A stretch of 28,361 nucleotides of DNA, taken from Thermofilaceae archaeon. Its GTDB lineage: Archaea > Thermoproteota > Thermoprotei > Thermofilales > Thermofilaceae. The translations under genes were made by a program, and so were the position numbers. The stretch is taken from contig JAVYWK010000023.1 in assembly GCA_038727095.1 (NCBI GenBank), positions 1-28,361 on the forward strand. Direction: 5' to 3'. The notes below the pieces were generated by a model that searched no databases, was not told the origin of the DNA, and saw nothing but the letters and a program-made list of their open reading frames with translations. This document shows, piece after piece, positions 1 through 8,577 of the stretch. Within the stretch, counting starts at the first letter, position 1, and every line of letters begins with the position of its first letter.

Positions 1-2553
1 GCGGAGCACTAGCGCTCTACCGTCCTCGCTCCGCTTCATGGTGGAGAACAGCAGGGGGTCTCCCTCGACTTCGAGCAGGGAGAACTCCGGTGGCAGCTCG
101 CCCGGGTGCGGTACGTCTTCATGAGCTAAGCCGGGGACGGCCCACTCGAGCGCAGCCTTGTGCACACCAGCGTCGCTCCAGGAGCCTGTGTGAGGTATGA
201 TGGTGAGCTCGAAGCTCTGCGTTCCGAGGCACTGCGCCTCCGGAGTCGGAATCTCGGGGCCCGCGTGCCCGGGCCTCGTGAGCAAGTCGTTCCTTGACAG
301 CCAACCAACTGCTCTCAGGAGCGTGTAGACGATCTCGCAGCCCCCGGCCCCCTCGCGAACCTCGTACTCGTGCAAGCCCTTCGCCGCGACGCAGAGCCCC
401 CTTCTGCCATCGCTCACGTCCACCCACAGCCTCGTCGGCCAGGTACTGAGGGGGATCTTCCCCTCCCCTCTGACGTAGTAGTACGGGGGTTTATTGGGCC
501 TCTCGATGACCATGTAGTGGGTCTTTGCCGCGTGCTTCTCCGCTCTGACGCCCGTGGGGAAGGCGATGCGGAGCCTGTGGTCTCGTGCCCGGTTCTCGAC
601 CCTAACCTCCACGTCTACGCGTGGCAGCTCGGTGTAAAGTGTCGCGTAGAGTTCGACGGGCAGCTCCACCTCCTCCTCGCTCCTGGACCTCCTGTCGGGG
701 GATGCCGAGGCGGGGACCCGGAGGCCGAAGCTGACTCTTGCGCGCACGTACACGGGACCCGCTTCAACGATCTCGAAGCTCGCCCTGCAACCCCTGCTCG
801 TCACGACTCTGTCATGCTCAGGTGGCGAGTAGTCGTACTCGTCACCGATGTCGCCCCCATCCTCGAGGTAGGCGAGGCCCTCGTACACCTCCCCGCTCCG
901 CTTGTCTACGATCCTCATCGCCCCGCCGTTCTCTAGGTCGAACTCCACCCTCAAGTGACGGTTCTCGATGAACGCTCTTCCCCACTTCAGGTCCGTCTGC
1001 AGGGGCTCCGCGGGCTGGGCTGCGTACGCCTTGAACCCTGCCGCCGGGAGCTCGTCGACCCACACGGCCGACACCACGCCGCCGTCCAGCTCCTTCGCTT
1101 GCACTGGGACGACTCTCCCGCGCGAATCCCTCAGCACGATGCCCCGGGGGTCGAACCTGACCACTAGGCCCCTCTTGATCAGCTCGGCGACACCCTCGAC
1201 CACCCTCCTGGGTGCTGTGCGCGTCAACTCGTCGAGGGAGAGGGCTGCCAGCGCGTAGGGTTTCAGCTTCAGCTTAACAACGGTCTTCCTCCTCCAGGGA
1301 AGGGTGTTGAAGGCGATATAGTACGACGCGTCATAGCCGGCGAAGTTGAGCTTCACGGTTGAAGCGATGAGAGGCATGGCGTGCCACTCGTACCTGTAAC
1401 CAGCCCTCCCAGCGAGGAAGTAGTCGAGGGCTCCATGACCCCTACCCGTGCACTCGAGCAGCTCCCTTGCGAGGCCCTTGGCCTTCTCCAGCCTCGACAT
1501 GACCTCGCGGTGCACCTCATCCACGCCGCAGCCGCAGATCGAGTCGTGCGGGTGGCAGAGGAGCACGTACCGCCAGGCCTCCCAGATCTCCCGCTTAGGG
1601 TAGCGCCCCGCTAGGAGCCAGGCGAGCGCCCAGAGCGGCTCAACGTAGAAGAGCAGCAGGTTCTCACACTCGAAGTTCGCGACTTTCAGGTAGCTCCTCG
1701 TCGACCAAACCCCGTAGAGAACCCAGTGGTAGTGGCTGCTCAGCAGCTCCCCGCCCAACCTGCTCAAGCGGTTGGTTGAGGCCCTCGCTTCAGCGAGCAC
1801 GTCCAGAAGAGTTCCTTGAACCACCTCCACGGGCAGATCCCTCGCTGCCAGCTCCCTAGCGATGGATGGTAGGTAGCTCTTCGGCAGGTGGTGGTCGCAG
1901 CCGACCATCCCCGGGATCGAGCTGATCCTCGAGTGCTTCTCCCACCTCTTGTACAGCTCTACGGTGAAAGCCGCTGCAGCCTCCACGTCGGGCGGCAGCC
2001 AAGCCAGGTTGCAGTAACCGCCCAACAGGAAGAGGGCTATAACCTCGCTCCCGTCCGGCCCCACCCAGATGAAGGGCGTTCCCACCTCCTCGAACTCGGG
2101 GCCGAGACCCCGGTGGAAAACGAACGTGTCGATCCCGAAACTCCTCATGATCTGCGGTAGCTGCGCTGTGTGGCCGAAGGTGTCGGGGAGGTAGCCGATC
2201 GGCGTCCACCCCCCGTACTCAACCGCTCTCCATTTCCCGTAGAGCAGGTTCCTTACGAGCGATTCCTCATCGACTAGGAGCTCGTCGGGCTGCACGTACC
2301 AAGGACCGATCAGCAGGCGGCTCCTCCTCACGGCCTCCACCAGCTTTTCGCGCATCTCAGGCCTCAGCTCCAGGTAGTCGTCGATCGGCGCCACCTGGCC
2401 GTCGAGCATGAAGGAGTGGAAAGAGGGGTCCTCGAGCAGGCGGAGTACCTGATCGAGGCATTGGGCCAGCCTGTACCTGAACTTCTCGAACGTGTAGTAC
2501 CACTCGCGATCCCAGTGCGTGTGCGAGATCAAAACGACCTTTGGCTTCCCCAC
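1..2553 (-). CDS. GH38 alpha-mannosidase / mannosylglycerate hydrolase (MngB)-like, 3' end outside window
   Basis: Hand translation from GTG 2553: MGKPKVVLISHTHWDREWYYTFEKFR...FMLDGQ...IGPWYVQPDE...GYLPDTFGH...HPHDSICGC...LSRNDLLTRPGHAGPEIPTP...KRSEDGRALVLR. Missing from the ORF track because it has no stop in the window. Confidence 0.93.
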   Translation of the reverse strand, partial: MGKPKVVLISHTHWDREWYYTFEKFRYRLAQCLDQVLRLLEDPSFHSFMLDGQVAPIDDYLELRPEMREKLVEAVRRSRLLIGPWYVQPDELLVDEESLVRNLLYGKWRAVEYGGWTPIGYLPDTFGHTAQLPQIMRSFGIDTFVFHRGLGPEFEEVGTPFIWVGPDGSEVIALFLLGGYCNLAWLPPDVEAAAAFTVELYKRWEKHSRISSIPGMVGCDHHLPKSYLPSIARELAARDLPVEVVQGTLLDVLAEARASTNRLSRLGGELLSSHYHWVLYGVWSTRSYLKVANFECENLLLFYVEPLWALAWLLAGRYPKREIWEAWRYVLLCHPHDSICGCGVDEVHREVMSRLEKAKGLARELLECTGRGHGALDYFLAGRAGYRYEWHAMPLIASTVKLNFAGYDASYYIAFNTLPWRRKTVVKLKLKPYALAALSLDELTRTAPRRVVEGVAELIKRGLVVRFDPRGIVLRDSRGRVVPVQAKELDGGVVSAVWVDELPAAGFKAYAAQPAEPLQTDLKWGRAFIENRHLRVEFDLENGGAMRIVDKRSGEVYEGLAYLEDGGDIGDEYDYSPPEHDRVVTSRGCRASFEIVEAGPVYVRARVSFGLRVPASASPDRRSRSEEEVELPVELYATLYTELPRVDVEVRVENRARDHRLRIAFPTGVRAEKHAAKTHYMVIERPNKPPYYYVRGEGKIPLSTWPTRLWVDVSDGRRGLCVAAKGLHEYEVREGAGGCEIVYTLLRAVGWLSRNDLLTRPGHAGPEIPTPEAQCLGTQSFELTIIPHTGSWSDAGVHKAALEWAVPGLAHEDVPHPGELPPEFSLLEVEGDPLLFSTMKRSEDGRALVLR

Positions 2554-2575
2554 GCCCGTGACGAGGCCCAGCTGG

Positions 2576-2582
2576 TATAAAA
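2576..2582 (-). promoter_or_regulatory. TATA box (TTTTATA) of the GH38 gene
   Basis: About 23 nt upstream of GTG 2553, typical spacing for a leaderless archaeal transcript. Confidence 0.55.
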
Positions 2583-2591
2583 CGGTTGCAG

Positions 2592-3005
2592 CTACCGCTC
2601 CTCGAGCCTCCGCAACACCTCGCCGGGCTCCAGCCTCTCAACGTCGAGGCCATCGAAGTCCCTGTCGTAGCTCACGATCGGCACCCTCAGCCGCTTCGCC
2701 AGGTAGTAGACGAGGCCATCGTCGAAGTCCAAGCCCTTAGCCCCCGCCAGCTCGCACGCTAAGATCTCGTCCTCAACCGTCGTCTCGACAACCTCGATTC
2801 CCCGCCACGTGGATAGCTCGGCCAGGAACCTTGACACCAGCTCTGGCTTGCCTAGAAGCGCACAGATTCCGTGTAGAGTGAAGTGGAGGACGTAAGCCCT
2901 AGCGGCCCCAGCCTTCACTTTTTCAAGCAGGGCCCTCGATTCCTCCCACTTACCCCTTTTGTACAAGACCTCCAGGAAAACGTTAGCGTCGATCACGCAG
3001 GCCAT
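2592..3005 (-). CDS. vapC: PIN-domain VapC toxin
   Basis: VIDANVFLE N-terminal PIN motif, LDFDDGL and IVSYDRDFD acidic motifs, 137 aa. Confidence 0.9.
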   Translation of the reverse strand: MACVIDANVFLEVLYKRGKWEESRALLEKVKAGAARAYVLHFTLHGICALLGKPELVSRFLAELSTWRGIEVVETTVEDEILACELAGAKGLDFDDGLVYYLAKRLRVPIVSYDRDFDGLDVERLEPGEVLRRLEER

Positions 3006-3252
3006 GCCTCCTCCTCAGGGCTTCCACTAGATCCTCACCCTCCCAGGTGTAGTCGGAGAGCAGGCCTAAACCCACGATCCCCTCTACGCTCTCCGACCCC
3101 TTCGGCGGACCTAGAGACTTCTCCAGCAGCTCTTCCACAGCCTTGCTGAGAGCCCCCCTCCTCAAGCCGTACTTCTCGGCTGCGTACCTGCGCAACCGCT
3201 CCGCTAAGCGCTTCGGGATCTCCACCTTCACTACCTCGACTTCCTCTCGCAC
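2983..3252 (-). CDS. vapB: Ribbon-helix-helix antitoxin (VapB-type)
   Basis: VVKVEIPKRLAERLRRYAAEKYG..GALSKAVEELL RHH pattern; overlaps vapC start; GTG 3252 preferred over 3270 because of the TATA position. Confidence 0.8.
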   Translation of the reverse strand: MREEVEVVKVEIPKRLAERLRRYAAEKYGLRRGALSKAVEELLEKSLGPPKGSESVEGIVGLGLLSDYTWEGEDLVEALRRRHGLRDRR

Positions 3253-3254
3253 AA

Positions 3255-3281
3255 TAGTACTAAAGTACAAAAGTACTTAAG
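3255..3281 (-). promoter_or_regulatory. vapBC promoter with three AGTAC boxes (putative autoregulatory operator)
   Basis: TAGTACTA-A-AGTAC-AA-AAGTACTT; AGTAC at 3256, 3264 and 3272, overlapping a TTAAGTA TATA-like element. Confidence 0.6.
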
Positions 3282-3404
3282 CTTTGCCGAGCCACCTCTC
3301 AGCTGGTGGGCGAGCGAAGCTAATAGTTTGGAAAAGCTGAAAACCCTTTGTTCCGCGCTACCGCAACGGGATGCGGCTTTGCCCCTCCTTACGGCTTCTA
3401 GCTA

Positions 3405-4184
3405 TCAAGCGGCTTGTTTAGCTTCTCGGGCTTCAAGCCGGTCGTTGACCAGCTTCTGAAGGATGTCGTTGTAAGATTCGCTTAGGATCGATGAGATGGG
3501 ACCCTCGGAGATCACTCTGCCCATGAAGAGCAGCGCCCCGTGGCTGGCCAACCTCTTCGCCTGCTCCGCGTCGTGGGTGACGATGATGATCGTTATCTCG
3601 CGGGAGAGCTCCTTCACGAGCTCCTCTATCTTCGCCGCGTTCAGCGGATCCAGGTTGGCGGTCGGCTCATCCATGAGGAGGAGGCTTGGCTTCATCGCGA
3701 GGGCCCTCGCGATGCAGAGCCGCTGCTGCTGCCCCCCGCTCAGGTCGGAGGCCGGCTTCCTCAGCCTATCCTTCACCTCCTCCCACAGCCCAGCCTTCTC
3801 GAGAGCCCACCTCACCAGCTTGTCCAGCTCCCGGCCTCTAATGGTTCCGCGCAGCTTGGGGCCTATCGCCACGTTGTCGTAGACGGAGAGGTGGGGGAAG
3901 GGGTTCGGCGTCTGGAACACAATGCCCACCTTGGAGAGGACGCCGTCAGCGTTCGAGCTGTTGTAAACATCGACGCCCAGAACCTCGACCTTGCCCTCCA
4001 CCCTCACCCCCCTTCGGAGGAGAATGAGCTTGTTGATCGTCCTCAAGAGCGTGGATTTCCCGCAGCCAGATGGACCGAGGATGGCGTAGACCGTGCCGGT
4101 TGGAACGAGGAGCGAGACGTCGCTCAACGCTTTGAAGCTCCCGTACCACACGTTCAAGCCCTCGATTCTGACAGCGGCCTCCAT
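3405..4184 (-). CDS. pstB: Phosphate ABC transporter ATP-binding protein
   Basis: GPSGCGKST Walker A, VFQTPNPFPHLSVYDNV, LSGGQQQRLCIARALA, LLMDEPT; TGATG coupling with pstA. Confidence 0.95.
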   Translation of the reverse strand: MEAAVRIEGLNVWYGSFKALSDVSLLVPTGTVYAILGPSGCGKSTLLRTINKLILLRRGVRVEGKVEVLGVDVYNSSNADGVLSKVGIVFQTPNPFPHLSVYDNVAIGPKLRGTIRGRELDKLVRWALEKAGLWEEVKDRLRKPASDLSGGQQQRLCIARALAMKPSLLLMDEPTANLDPLNAAKIEELVKELSREITIIIVTHDAEQAKRLASHGALLFMGRVISEGPISSILSESYNDILQKLVNDRLEAREAKQAA

Positions 4185-5032
4185 CACAGCCTCACCTCAC
4201 CCGAAAGCTTCCTAACGGCGAAAGCGAGCCCCATTGATAGGGCTGCGAGGAGGAGGACGGCAGCCCATGCCAACCTCTTCCAGTTCTCGTAGGGCGTCTG
4301 AGCGAAGAAGAAGATGAGGAGGGAGAGGGTGCTTGAAGGCCGGTCGAGCCCGTAGAAGGCGAAGAAAGCGGCCCCGGCTGTGAACAGCACGGGCGCGGTC
4401 TCGCCCAGAGCCCTCATCGTCCCAAGCAGCGCAGCGGTGGCGATACCCCTGAAGTTCATGGGGACGAGGATCATCAGCACAGCCTTCCATCTCGGCAGGC
4501 CCAGAGAGAACGCAGCCTCACGGTAGCTCAGTGGGATGGCGGCAAGGCTCTCCCGCGTCTGAGCGGCGATGTAGGGGAGTGCAGTGATGCAGAGGCTAAC
4601 GGCTCCGGCGATGGCGGAGGGCCTTCCCATTGGGACGACCAGCAGAGTGAACACGGCTAACCCCACGATGATCGAGGGTAGTTCCGCGATCAGTTGCAGA
4701 GCTCTAGCCGCAGCACTCGAAAGCCACCCGTCCGGGTACTCCGACATCAGTATGCCGGCTGGAACGCCGATCGCCACCCCAGCGAGAGACGCCAGCGAGA
4801 CCATCACGAGGGTTCCAACGAGCGAGGGGCCGAGCCCGCCCAACCTCCCGCCGGGCGGCCCCGGGGGCTCGAGCACGAGAGCAACCCCGCGCTCGAGCAG
4901 CACAGGTAGACCCTCAACGACAGCCGTCAGGATGAGGTGGGCTCCTGCCGCAAGGAGCGACAGGGTGGCGAGCGCTACGGCAGCTAACACAAGCCTATCC
5001 TTAACGCTCCTAGATAGCTCGTGGAAGTTCAC
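4184..5032 (-). CDS. pstA: Phosphate ABC transporter permease PstA
   Basis: Multi-TM; LPSIIVGL, YREAAFSLGL (EAA loop), RALGETAP. Confidence 0.93.
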   Translation of the reverse strand: MNFHELSRSVKDRLVLAAVALATLSLLAAGAHLILTAVVEGLPVLLERGVALVLEPPGPPGGRLGGLGPSLVGTLVMVSLASLAGVAIGVPAGILMSEYPDGWLSSAAARALQLIAELPSIIVGLAVFTLLVVPMGRPSAIAGAVSLCITALPYIAAQTRESLAAIPLSYREAAFSLGLPRWKAVLMILVPMNFRGIATAALLGTMRALGETAPVLFTAGAAFFAFYGLDRPSSTLSLLIFFFAQTPYENWKRLAWAAVLLLAALSMGLAFAVRKLSGEVRL

Positions 5033-5922
5033 GCCTGCTCACCTGCAGCCCTACTGGCTGCAGCTCTAGCGAGACGCAGACCGAGCGAGGTGCTCACCGA
5101 GCTCCCCAGCAGCATCACTAGGGCAGCCGCCATAAGGGAGCTCTGCATGCCGGGGTAGAGGAAGGCGTTACCAAACTGGCTTGCGATTACGCTTGTGATC
5201 GTGTGAGCGGGCTCGAAGGGGCAGAGCGACACGTTGAACGCATTGCCCACGGTCAAGGCCACGATCGTTGTTTCACCCACCGCTCTACCGAAGCTCAGAA
5301 AGGCAACTGCAATGATGCTGTTCTTGATGTAGCCGAGAACGATTCTGGCCCGCTCAAACCCCTTCGCACCCAAGCTGTGGAGGGCCTCAATGTAAGTGAA
5401 GGGGAAAGCGCGGTAGGCCTCCAGCGCCATGGCGGCGGAGAAGGGGGTAATCATAAGCCCCACCACCAGGCCGGCCGTGAACAATGATTGGCCGGTTGGT
5501 GAACCTCGAGCGCAGAGCAGGGGAAGACCGCTCTGCCTGATCAGAGGGGAGACTACCGCCAACCCCCACATGCCGTAGACGATCGTCGGTAGGGCGGCCA
5601 TCGCGTAGAGAGCTAGGCTGATCAAGCCGCGTAACCATTCGGGAGCGTACTCGTTGACGAACACGGCCACCGCCACCGAAATGGAAACCGCTATCAGAGT
5701 GGCTAAGCTAGCTGTAAGTAGTGAGCCGAGAAGGGGGGCCAGCATACCGTACCTTCCGCGCTCCCACTCACTGGGTTCCCAGTCGGCATTAAGTAGAAGC
5801 CCCAACCCCTCGTGCCTCCACGCATCCAGCGACTCCACGAATAGGATGCCAACGATGGTCACCGATGTGAGAACGAGTACCAGAGCGGCCGGCGCTAGCG
5901 CTATCTTAAGCACATCCACCAT
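5029..5922 (-). CDS. pstC: Phosphate ABC transporter permease PstC
   Basis: LPTIVYGMWG, FGRAVGETTIV..GN, TITSVIASQFG; ATG 5922 preceded by GAGGTG RBS. The ORF-track extension to 6051 is AT-rich intergenic DNA. Confidence 0.93.
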   Translation of the reverse strand: MVDVLKIALAPAALVLVLTSVTIVGILFVESLDAWRHEGLGLLLNADWEPSEWERGRYGMLAPLLGSLLTASLATLIAVSISVAVAVFVNEYAPEWLRGLISLALYAMAALPTIVYGMWGLAVVSPLIRQSGLPLLCARGSPTGQSLFTAGLVVGLMITPFSAAMALEAYRAFPFTYIEALHSLGAKGFERARIVLGYIKNSIIAVAFLSFGRAVGETTIVALTVGNAFNVSLCPFEPAHTITSVIASQFGNAFLYPGMQSSLMAAALVMLLGSSVSTSLGLRLARAAASRAAGEQA

Positions 5923-5950
5923 CGTCGCACCTCGAAGCCTATCCCCCCCA

Positions 5951-6075
5951 TCATTTATATAGCTCACTATACCTATATTTGTAAGTGTATAATGAACTCC
6001 GAAGCATAAAGAGTAGCATATAAAAATATAAAAATATTTACATTTTACCATTTCTTCAATCCTCCTTATAGTTCT
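5951..6075 (-). promoter_or_regulatory. AT-rich pstS-pstC spacer with internal promoter candidate
   Basis: TATATAAA at 5961-5954 on the minus strand; TATAATGAA at 5988-5996 shared with the pstS upstream region. Confidence 0.5.
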
Positions 6076-7194
6076 TTAACCTCTATAGTTCCTTAGTTCT
6101 TCAGCTACTTTCAGCCCGAGTCTAGCCCAGCTCTCGGGCACCGGTATGTAACCCTCAACAATGTTCTCCGGCTTCTGGCCTTCCGTGAATATGTAATTGA
6201 GGAACTCTGCTAGCGCTCTCCTCTTTTCGGGCGTGTAGCTTGATGGGTGCTTGATGAGTAGGTAGCTGGGCGAGACTATCGGGTAAGCGTTCGGGTCCTC
6301 TGACGTGAGGAGCTTCTCCAGTAGGCGCAGCTCAGCTATGTTCGCGCTGGCATCCTCGATCGCGGGGACTCCCGCGGCCGCAGCTCTCACAGTCTCCCTC
6401 GTGGGAAGAACGAAGTTCCCCGCTCTGTTCCTTAGAGCCGCTACTCCTAGGCCTTTAGCGTAAGCCAGCTCCACGTATCCTATGGAGTAGGGGGTGGTCC
6501 TCACGGCCTCAGCTACACCGGGGTTGCCGGGGGCTCCCACCGCCCGGCCCACTTCCGCAAGTGGCCACTTCACCAGCTTGCCGGCGCCAACGCGAGTCTT
6601 CCACTTCTCCGAAACGAGGCTCAAGTACGTGGTGAAAACCTCCGTCGTACCGCTCGAATCGCTCCTGTGCACCAGGATGATCCTGGCTCTGGGCAGGCTG
6701 ACGCCGGGGTTCAGCTGAGCTATCCTCGGATCGTCCCAGTACTCTATTTCGCCGAGGAGGATATCGGCGAGCACCTCGCCCGTCAACCTCAGGTGCACGT
6801 TAGCTGGAACCTCAGGCAGGTTGTACACTACAGCTACAGAGCCCAGGATGAACGGGATTTGATAGACCCCCCCGAACTCCTTCCTCGCCCTCTCCCAGTC
6901 GGACGTCTTCAGTGGAGTGTCAGAGGCCGCGAAATCGACAACACCCTGAAGGAAGTCGCTCTGACCCTTGCCGCTACCGCCCCCAGAGTACTCGGGTTGC
7001 ACCCAACTACGAACTTGCCTAACCTGGCTTGACCAAGCCAGAATCTGCTCCATCGGGAAGGTTGCGCCGCTCCCGAGTAGCTGGACGGGCGTTGAGGGGG
7101 CCTCCTCTCTCTGAAGCAGGTATAGGGCTGAAGCAGTAGCTACAATGACGGCAGCAGCTACAGCAACTGCGGCCAGCTTTATCCACTTCTGCAT
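6076..7194 (-). CDS. pstS: Phosphate ABC transporter substrate-binding protein, N-terminally anchored
   Basis: GSGATFP, GSGKG, DFAASD, HRSDSSGTT, SIGYVE, AYPI motifs; ATG 7194 lies about 23 nt below TATAAA (7222-7217). Confidence 0.95.
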   Translation of the reverse strand: MQKWIKLAAVAVAAAVIVATASALYLLQREEAPSTPVQLLGSGATFPMEQILAWSSQVRQVRSWVQPEYSGGGSGKGQSDFLQGVVDFAASDTPLKTSDWERARKEFGGVYQIPFILGSVAVVYNLPEVPANVHLRLTGEVLADILLGEIEYWDDPRIAQLNPGVSLPRARIILVHRSDSSGTTEVFTTYLSLVSEKWKTRVGAGKLVKWPLAEVGRAVGAPGNPGVAEAVRTTPYSIGYVELAYAKGLGVAALRNRAGNFVLPTRETVRAAAAGVPAIEDASANIAELRLLEKLLTSEDPNAYPIVSPSYLLIKHPSSYTPEKRRALAEFLNYIFTEGQKPENIVEGYIPVPESWARLGLKVAEELRNYRG

Positions 7195-7216
7195 CGAGAG
7201 GTTACCGACAGACCAC

Positions 7217-7320
7217 TTTATACCAGTTTTCATCATATTTATAAAAGTCTATAATGTAAAAAATATATTGCCAATTCATTATAGCTTATATATTGAGTAT
7301 ATATTTCATTATAATGATGA
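7217..7320 (-). promoter_or_regulatory. pstS promoter and AT-rich upstream regulatory region
   Basis: TATA 7222-7217; TTCATTATA at 7275 and 7305; palindrome TCATTATAATGA 7306-7317; TATAATG 7250. Confidence 0.55.
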
Positions 7321-7690
7321 ATAGTGGAATCTAATAGCCTTTGCCGCTTTACAACTCACTATCACTTAGCGCTTTAGTCGAAACATTGTAGCTGACGATA
7401 GGGTCCTTTGGGGAAAGTAGAGCCATCGATAGAGAAGAAGGGATCGGCGGACAATAGGAGGAGTACTTAGGATGAGCTTATCCGAGAGCGAGTGCAGTAA
7501 TGTAGGAAGCCCGGGTGTACCGTTACCGTTCAGACATGAGCTGGCAGTCGTCGGGCCATCTGCAAGGCTAGCATTTTTCTCCGGCTCTAGCAAGCGCTGG
7601 GCGTTTACGGTGCCGGGTGGGGATATGGCTGAAGCGTCGCTTTCTAAGCTAGAGTTTTAAATTTGGGCCTTGAACCACATAGTAGAGAAA

Positions 7691-7948
7691 GTGACGTGGA
7701 AAACCGTAAAGGTGAGTGAAGAAACATAAGCGGAGCTCTCTAAGGTAGCTGGAGAGCTCCAGGCGAGGCTCAAGCGCCCCGTATCGCTCGACGAAGCTTT
7801 AAAGTACTTGCTCAGCCTCAGGAAGAGGAGAGGGCGTTTGAAAATAACTGACTTGGCAGGTTCCTGGGACATGTCCGAGGAGGAATGGGTTGAGATTAAA
7901 GCTTCCTTGGAGAGGGCTTGGAAAAGATGGGTACCCGGAGGCGCGTGA
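7691..7948 (+). pseudogene. vapB: VapB-type antitoxin with premature stop
   Basis: MTWKTVKVSEET*AELSKVAGELQARLKRPVSLDEALKYLL...ITDLAGSWDMSEEEW...; in-frame TAA at 7727-7729; GTGA overlap with vapC; TTTTAAAT at about 7655. Confidence 0.8.
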
Positions 7949-8322
7949 TAGTCGATACCGATGTGCTGGTAAACGTCCTAAGAGGTGCGGGAAAAACTGT
8001 TGCTTACGTAGCACGCTTGGAGGACGAAGGGTTTAGGCTTGCAACTACCGTCATCAACGCGTTTGAGCTGTACTATGGAGCTTATAAGTCGAAGAAAGTG
8101 CAGCGGAACCTGGCTGTTGTGAGAGAGCTGCTCAGCAGGATGGTCGTCCTCAAGATAAACGAAAGATCCGCTGAGAAAGCGGGACAGATCTACGCCGAGC
8201 TGGAAGCGGAGGGACGCCCTATCGACTTGAGGGATGTACTGATCGGCGCTGTCGCTGTGACAGAGGGCTACACGCTAGTGACTAGGAATATAGCACACTT
8301 CCGAAGAATTAGAGGTTTTTGA
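7945..8322 (+). CDS. vapC: PIN-domain VapC toxin, possibly C-terminally frameshifted
   Basis: IVDTDVLV, INAFELYYG, DLRDVLIGA, LVTRNIAHFRRI; stops inside a T5 run. Confidence 0.88.
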   Translation: MIVDTDVLVNVLRGAGKTVAYVARLEDEGFRLATTVINAFELYYGAYKSKKVQRNLAVVRELLSRMVVLKINERSAEKAGQIYAELEAEGRPIDLRDVLIGAVAVTEGYTLVTRNIAHFRRIRGF

Positions 8323-8577
8323 ACATATTAGCTGCGCCCTAGCAAGACAAGAGCGCAGACAATCGACTTGTGACCCATAACTCTCGTAATCCTTTTGAAT
8401 ACCCTTCCTCGGCTGACTTATCTAGCGTGCTTAATTCGGCGCACTTCGTTGAGGACATGCGAGTCCAAGGAGCAGTTTTACGCGTTAAGACTGACCCACA
8501 AACGATCCCGAAAGGTCACGTTTATTACCATGCGCGGGTCGCGGTAAGCGTAGGTGTGCGGGCGGGGTTGGTGGAGT

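Noticed and set aside
119-2740. Short ORFs on both strands, such as 370..936 +
   Set aside because: Shadow or alternate frames of the GH38 and vapC genes in GC-rich DNA; no motifs.
5923-6051. N-terminal extension of PstC
   Set aside because: AT-rich intergenic sequence; the RBS supports ATG 5922.
7314-7395. ATGATGA...CTGA as a box C/D sRNA
   Set aside because: Too long (82 nt), no clear C'/D' boxes, and the box C overlaps the pst palindrome.
7366-7660. 62-aa ORF 7472..7660 + with AGGAGG upstream, and 75-aa ORF 7366..7593 -
   Set aside because: No recognisable family or protein-like pattern; I looked for a phoU remnant and found none.
7727-7729. Stop-codon recoding in vapB
   Set aside because: The codon is TAA (not TGA/TAG), and TAA terminates other genes here, such as pstS; simple nonsense mutation or sequencing error is more likely.
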